NCBI GenBank assembly: GCA_051362555.1
Contig: CM120643.1
Coordinates: forward strand, 19,906,848-19,970,847
DNA length: 64,000 nucleotides
Source: Lingula anatina
Lineage: Eukaryota; Animalia; Brachiopoda
Direction of reading: 5' to 3'
In this document: one piece after another, positions 57,330-64,000 of the stretch
Numbering within the stretch: position 1 is the stretch's first letter
How the letters are laid out: every line of letters starts with the position of its first letter
Notes under the pieces: model-generated
Told to the model about the DNA's origin: nothing
Seen by the model: the letters and a program-made list of their open reading frames with translations, nothing else
Database searches by the model: none
Made by a program: the position numbers and the translations under genes

Positions 57330-58474
57330 TGTGCATACGCTTGTGCGTGCTCAATCTTCAGCATCACAGAAATGGCGATAATAATGCAGTTCTATCTGGC
57401 ATATATGCAAATAAAGTTAGTCATTTACGAGAATAACATCAACAGTGCATGTTATCTACAAACTGTAAGGGCATAATCTCTGCTGTCTTTTTTTATCTGT
57501 TAACTATATTGATCCAAAGCCAGTGTAAAACGATCTAAAATACTACACCAGTCGACCATAATGTAAAAATTTAGCGATAAAATAAATAAACGCATTATTA
57601 GAATAGAATTGAATAGATGGGAAGTGAATAATTAAACTATCAAAATCGGCCAAGTGGTAGTATTTTAACCGAATTAAAAAGAAAAAACATTCATGCACCG
57701 TAATAATTTTTTTAATAATGAAAACTTCAGATAATGAAACAAATCTCCGACTTGGCTATGCAAGACGACCTCTGAGGAAACCTACTTCTGCAGTGCATTG
57801 GGATTTAATAGCGGTTTCGGATTCGGGCACAAATAATTTTTTTGCAAAAAAATCCCACTTAAAATAATTTGGCCCGTTTCACCTTGAAACAAAGGTCAAA
57901 TCCACTAGAATTTAGAAATCAGAAATGCCCTGCCAGTAACAATAGTAGAACCATATTCAGATTCACACATCATACTTGCCGAGTTTTTCCAACAATGTTT
58001 AATCAGCACACGTTACTTTATCACCCCCTAGCAGCTCTCAAGAGTTTTTTTTTTTACTTCAAATTTGCAGTGTTGCTTTGTTTGGTCAAAAAAAGTTTCC
58101 TTAGAAAATCAGCGTTATTGTTTTATATTCACAAAAGTGATGTTATATTTTATTGGCCTTTTGCAGATGATTGTGGTATGTATACCCTATTTTGTTAAAA
58201 ATAAGGCCTTGCTCAAAGTAACCCGTTGTTGTTTTAAGTTGTTTGGAGTTGCATAGCAGGATGTATTCCCTAATACCAAGCCATTGTAAGTTTTCTTAGT
58301 AGTCACTTAATTTATATCTTAGTTGAGGTGGATTAAATGTTCCCTTCACTATATAAATACTAATTTATATACAGGTAAATTTCATCCAAGTTTACCTCGA
58401 GCAGAATATTGTCATTATTAAATTAACCGTTTTTGCTTTATTTGATAACTTAATATTATTGAACATTTGCTGGT

Positions 58475-58597
58475 CTGGGATGAGACTACCATTTAGTGAA
58501 AAAGTCGGAAAATGTGGCGTGGAGTCCACGGGTTCGCCTAGGCCACTGATATTTTTGGCTCCCAAAAGTCGGAAATCCACCAATAGTCTCATCCCTG
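58475..58597. mobile_element. MITE, same family as 48625-48758, opposite orientation
   Basis: TIRs GGGATGAGACTA ... TAGTCTCATCCC. Confidence 0.7.
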
Positions 58598-59334
58598 GCT
58601 AATACAGTTGTGTTTTGGTTTGTCAGAAAACTAAGAGGATGGGAGAACTTGAAGTAAAAACTTTTCGACAGACCATAAAAATAGGCACATCTTTTCATAC
58701 AAGAAGTAGAATTATACTCACAACTTCTTACACAGCAATCTCACATAATGTTTCAAATATTTATTACAAAAATACATGAAATAAAACAGGGATCTAAAAA
58801 TAAAGATATTTGGGAATCAAATATGAAACACTGCAACTTGCACAAAACTTGCACTGAAACTTTAGCAAAATTTATATTTTTTTGAAAACTTTAAACTTAT
58901 AAAACAAAACTTGAACTTTTAATTTACTTCCACATAAACACAATTTAAAAATATATAGGTCCTACTTAAGTCAGCTGATGCTGCTGCTACATGATGCTGC
59001 TACATTAAAATACAACATTTACTAAAACCGCTTTGAACTTTTTTCCTTTAAAAGTAACAAAAAGTGCCTTGGTGAATGGATATCTAAAATGTCTTCAAGG
59101 ATATAACTTTCCTGATAACATTCAAGCATCTCTCTTCTTCCATATAATATACACCGTATGTAAAAACGTGCCACTTGCACATCTGAATAAAATATGGTTA
59201 TCAAGTTTGAGATATATGATAGGTATAAAATTAAGATTTAAAACCTTTTAAAACATCTTTTCTACTGGTATATCTAAGAAATTGCACCATTGATGCACCT
59301 TTCCATCTTATTATAAACAGTTTTCTTCAAACTG

Positions 59335-59530
59335 TAGTTTACTTACTTTACAGAAATAAAATGAAGTTATAAAACCATAAACTGTATCTTACTATAAGAA
59401 ACTTGGCAACAAAAAAAGCTACTTGACTGTATTAGTTTACTTACTTTACAGAAATAAAATGAAGTTATAAAACCATAAACTGTATCTTACTATAAGTTAC
59501 TTGGCAACAGAAAAAGCTACTTGACTGTAT
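59335..59530. repeat. ~98-bp direct duplication in the putative 3' UTR of the zinc-finger gene
   Basis: TAGTTTACTTACTTTACAGAAATAAAATG...GCTACTTGACTGTAT is present twice in tandem. Confidence 0.85.
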
Positions 59531-59943
59531 CTGATTAAAAAAACAAACTAAGAACATATTCTAACTAAAACAATTAAACCAGTCAATAACAGGGCACTCA
59601 CAGTGTGAGTGTAATAAAATGACAAAGTTGAAGATTGATTCAACAACAACAAAAGAGAAAATTTACAAAATCTTTAACAAGAACAATAAAAGTTGCTATC
59701 TGATTTTTCAAATATTTAATCTAAAAGCTTTTAAAAGATCAAACCTTTCTAATGAAGATATCTAACTTAACACTGCTGTATCAATTTTTAATAGTCATAT
59801 AATAAGATAAACTAGGAATTTTTAGTTTGTGGGTACAAAGTTTCAACTCAAAATAAACTTTTTGACAACACTGCAAAAAAAGTAATAATAAGATAAATAA
59901 ATAAAAAATAAATAAAAGACTGTTGAAAAAAACTTTCCAATAT

Positions 59944-61886
59944 TTACAGGCCATCAGTATCTCCTAATAAGTTACCCATACCATCAGGAGAATAAGGTAC
60001 AGACGCAGCAGTGCTGCCCCCTTTACACTGTTCAATCTCTTGTATGATGGCCTCCAGTTCCTCTCTCACAGATGGCTGTAGACTGGGGCAGGGACTGGTG
60101 CTCTCTTTCTTCAAAGAGCACTCCTCTTCACATTTAACCTCTGTACCTGTATCATGAGAAGATGCTGCCATTTTGGAAGGGTTAAAACTGTAATAAGACT
60201 GTACATGTGCCCATGGACTTGTAAAATAGTTCTTTCTTGAGTGCTCTTTATCCTGCACAAATTCTTTGCCTGTATCCACAGCAGATGTTGTCAAATTAAA
60301 TTTCTGGTTATTTCCTCCCCCACAAGGATGTTGTAGAAATGGGCGTTGGCTCGTGACATCTGCCTTCTCAATTGCTGTACACGTACCTATGGCTGAAGCT
60401 GTCCTGGTGGATCCGGGTTTATTTTTTACACATGAAGGTTGCTGAGGTAGGCAAGGGCTTGTGAAGTACTTGTCATCTTGGGGACTTTCAAATGTTGTAC
60501 CTACATCAACAGCCAAGTCTGTCATAAATGACGATTGCATACCACAAAAGGGCGCCTTAGACTGTTTATCACCTAATGCAAGAAAATCTGTGGAATAACT
60601 CACAGCCTGCCCAGATTCATAGCTGGAAACCTCAGGTACAAACTGTGGCTCGTTTCTATCTGACAGACCAAGGTTACATTGCTTTAATTGTAGCTCTGCA
60701 TCACTGAGAATGCTCATCTCATCGTTTTGGACCTCACCTGGACAGCCGACGTTTAAAGGTACATCAAAGGGACAGTTATTGAGTACATTTGGATAGTAAT
60801 CTGGTTGTTGCCATGACAACAACCCATCACTGCGATCAAGGTATTGACGTTCCTGCAAGAAGTCATATCCGTTTTGTTCCTGGCAAATGCTCTTCTTCCC
60901 TCTAGCAATTTCAGAGGAAAAGTTACCATAGCTGGCACCAATCTGAGAGGCATCAGGCCCTTTACTGCTCATTCCATCCAACTGTGTATTTTTACATGTT
61001 CCTGATACTTTGCCATCCACCTCTGTGGGGATGGGAATCACTGGGAGATTTTCCCCATCTTTAGAACTTTGCCCAGACTGTGCTGTAAATTGGGGCTTGT
61101 GCTCAGTGTCCAATGCTTCTATTTTTCCCAGTAAATCGGCCAGCTCTGGATTCTGATGAAAGTGGTGTTTGATCCTTTCCTTCTGGCCGATCAGGGGCAA
61201 AATCAGTGGAACTGGTGCTGAAGAACTTATTGAAGCCGAGCTTGGTGCTTTAGGAGTTATATTCAAACCTAAAATCAAGTACAAAAGTATATGTTTATGT
61301 TACTGTCGTTTTAATGTACATGTAAAAAATACCAACAGCAAATAACTATATCATCACATTTAATAAAATGTAATTATAGTTATATTAAAGTCATAGTTGC
61401 CAGCTTTGTAGCTGCACCAGCAATAAAGCACATACTTATTTTCAGTAAAACCATGGAAATGGAAGTGTTAGCAGTCTATTTGCATTTTCTATACTTTATC
61501 TGTAGTATAGGTAAGAAATAAAGAATTATAAAATGTTGCTGTCAAATTAATTTGGCTAGAAGGAAAATAAAATTATAAAACACTTTTCAAACAAATATCG
61601 CTATGAGAAATTTAACACCTCAAGATTAAAACAAAAAACTATATCTAAGGTAGCCCAGAATCTACTTAATCCAACCCAATTTATTACCAATGTTGGCCAA
61701 ATTCCTTCCGTTGGTCATGGCTGCATACACAGTTCCTATGGTGATGTTCTGTGCTCTGAGAAGACGGAGGTGCGTGCCACTCTTCAGGTGCCTCTCAAAC
61801 ACACTTTTGGATGTGAACTGTTTTTCACACAGTATACAGTGGTGAAGCTGGGTGATATGGACCATCTTGTGTTGAGTTTGTTCTTC
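59944..61886 (-). CDS. C2H2 zinc-finger protein, last two exons, with long low-complexity C-terminal exon; gene continues beyond the window end
   Basis: Exon 61688-61886 encodes HKMVH followed by CILCEKQFTSKSVFERHLKSGTH (CxxC-x12-H-x5-H finger). It splices in phase (G|GT) to a 1325-nt open exon 59944-61268 ending in TAA. No specific ortholog is recognisable. Confidence 0.72.
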
Positions 61887-62103
61887 CTAATTTGGAAAAA
61901 AAAGCAGAAAAAGCACAGAAAAAGTGATAATGACTACTGGATATCATCCAGGCTCACAAAGTTTTGATTATGTTTTCTAAAGAATTTTTAATAAGGGACG
62001 GATTGCTATAAATTATTTGAATGATAGGCATATATTTGACACAGCATGACACGACAAGATGTTGCCACAATCAAGTTATGGGCCAAATTAGTGTCAATTG
62101 GTT

Positions 62104-64000
62104 AACAAGGCAGCAAAGCTGTCAAATGTACAGACAAAAAGCAGGAAATAACTATGCACAAAATAGGCTACTGTCAATTCTGATGCAAAAGTACATTATG
62201 TTAAACTGTAAATTCAACATCAATTTTTAATTATGCTCAACAGGAAATACCAATGAAAGTAAAATGTGTAACAAGCATAAGGCTTCAGGCCCATGAGAGT
62301 TCAAGTTCACACTTTGAAAATGTATAACTTCCAGAAAAAGAAGCCAATTAGACTGCTTTTCCAACTCAGGCTGCATGCCGATTTTCGAACTTGACCTCCG
62401 TTTTAGTAAGATCGATTACTCCTGAGAGTTTCACGACAACAGGCCTATCGGTTTTCCTTGAAATGTGTTTACAGTGTTGCATATATGTTGAAAAGTGAAA
62501 GAAAAAAGCATAACTTCTACAATAATGGCCCGATCATCCTGTTTTTTGAACTTGACCTGGGTTTTATGAATATTCATCAGCTCTTTAAATATAAAGCCCA
62601 AAAGTAAAACTGCCTTCCACTTATCGTGTTTACAATAAAAGTGCAAGGTACATCTGTACATATTTACTGTACTGTTTGAGAACAGTAAGTGACATGGTTT
62701 TTCTTAAATGGTCATCATGGGAGCAGTGCCCAAAATAGGTTTTTTTCAAATTTTGACGCAATATTACATAATGTTTAACAGCATAATGACCATCAATTTT
62801 TAAGAATAAAATATTAGTATCATGGATATTCAGAAAATGTGACTAGCAAAGGTCTTCAGGCCCATGGAACTTCAAAGCCACAACTTGAAAATGCCAAAAT
62901 GTAAACAAGACAGCACTGTTCTGAAATGGGTTTATTTCCATTTTTAACAATTTTTAACATAAAACAAAATGAACAGTTTACTGCCATTTTTATATGATCA
63001 ACTAAGAAAATTGATGAGATTGGAAAAATATCAATATAACAGTGTTAAATGTCCAATTTCCTCCATTCTGAGATTCTGAACATAGTGGATGATTGAATCT
63101 GACAAACTGCAATGATATGAGTTTATTTCCATTTTTGACACTTTATTACACAATACACGATAAAAAGTTTACCATCATTTTTACATAATCAACTAACAAT
63201 GTTGTAAAGATGCAGGAAATGTCAAACAATCACTTTTACGTATCTTATTAGTTTAATAATGAGACTGTTAACATGCCTAAGAATTGAATCTGAGGAAATG
63301 TAAAAAAACAGCACACCTTCTAAAATAATGGCACGATTATGCTGATTTACGTACTCAACCTGCATTTTAGTAAAATTGACCACTCCTGTGACTTTCATGA
63401 CAATTGGCCTATCTGTTTTTCTTATATTGTGTTTACAGTGTTGCATATATGCTGAAAAAAGAAAAAAAAGCATAACTACTAAAATAGTGGCCCGATCATG
63501 CCAATTTTCGAACTTGACCTGCGTTTTAGTAAGATCAATTTTTCCTGTGAGTTTCATGACAACAGGCCTATCGGTTTTTGTTGAAATGTGTTTACAGTGT
63601 TGCATATATGCTGAAAAGTGAAAAACAGCATAACTTCTACAATAATGGCCCGATCATGCTGATTTTCGAACTTGACCTGCATTTTATGAATATTCATCAG
63701 CTCTGTAAATATAAAGCCAAAAAGTAAAACTGCCTTCCACTTATCGTGTTTACAAGGAAAGTGCACGGCAACGACGGCGACGGCGACGACAGTCGCAGGT
63801 GATGGCAATATGTACAGACACATCTATATATATTTACTGTACTGTTTGAGAACATGGTTTTTCTTAAATGGTCATCATGGGAGCAGTGCCCAAAATAGGT
63901 TTTTTTCAAATTTTGATGCAATATTACATAATGTTTAACAGCATGATGACCATCAATTTTTAAGAATAAAATATTAGTATCATGGATATTCAGAAAATGT
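62104..64000 (-). mobile_element. Rearranged HINE-like element(s) in the intron of the zinc-finger gene
   Basis: The reverse-complement 3' terminus AACAAGGCAGCAAAGCTGTCAAATGTACAGACA starts at 62104. Reverse 161-bp units and a 5' remnant lie near 63765-63830. There is an internal ~1170-bp duplication (TATTTACTGTACTGTTTGAGAACA at 62661 and 63831). Confidence 0.8.

Overview
AT-rich, intron-rich eukaryotic DNA from an invertebrate animal. A lophotrochozoan, probably a mollusc, is inferred from the gene structures and repeat types. Five spliced protein-coding genes can be reconstructed by hand with GT-AG junctions and continuous reading frames: the last 3 exons of a secretory-pathway Ca2+/Mn2+ ATPase (ATP2C1/SPCA, +), complete NAE1/APPBP1 (19 exons, -), complete LRRC69 (7 exons, -), complete DHX38/PRP16 (26 exons, +, head-to-head with LRRC69), and the last 2 exons of a C2H2 zinc-finger protein (-). 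Introns are inflated by non-autonomous Helentron-type (HINE-like) elements carrying 161-bp tandem arrays, plus several MITE families with recognisable TIRs and TSDs. The most unusual structure is a cluster of tandem duplications in DHX38 that copy exon 3' ends together with their 5' splice sites: exon 18 x2, exon 22 x6 and exon 23 x~6. Other leads are a decayed SGNH-hydrolase relic in a DHX38 intron, tRNA-like modules, and a short signal-peptide/dibasic-site ORF near 49.7 kb. No CRISPR array, rRNA or intact transposase was seen.
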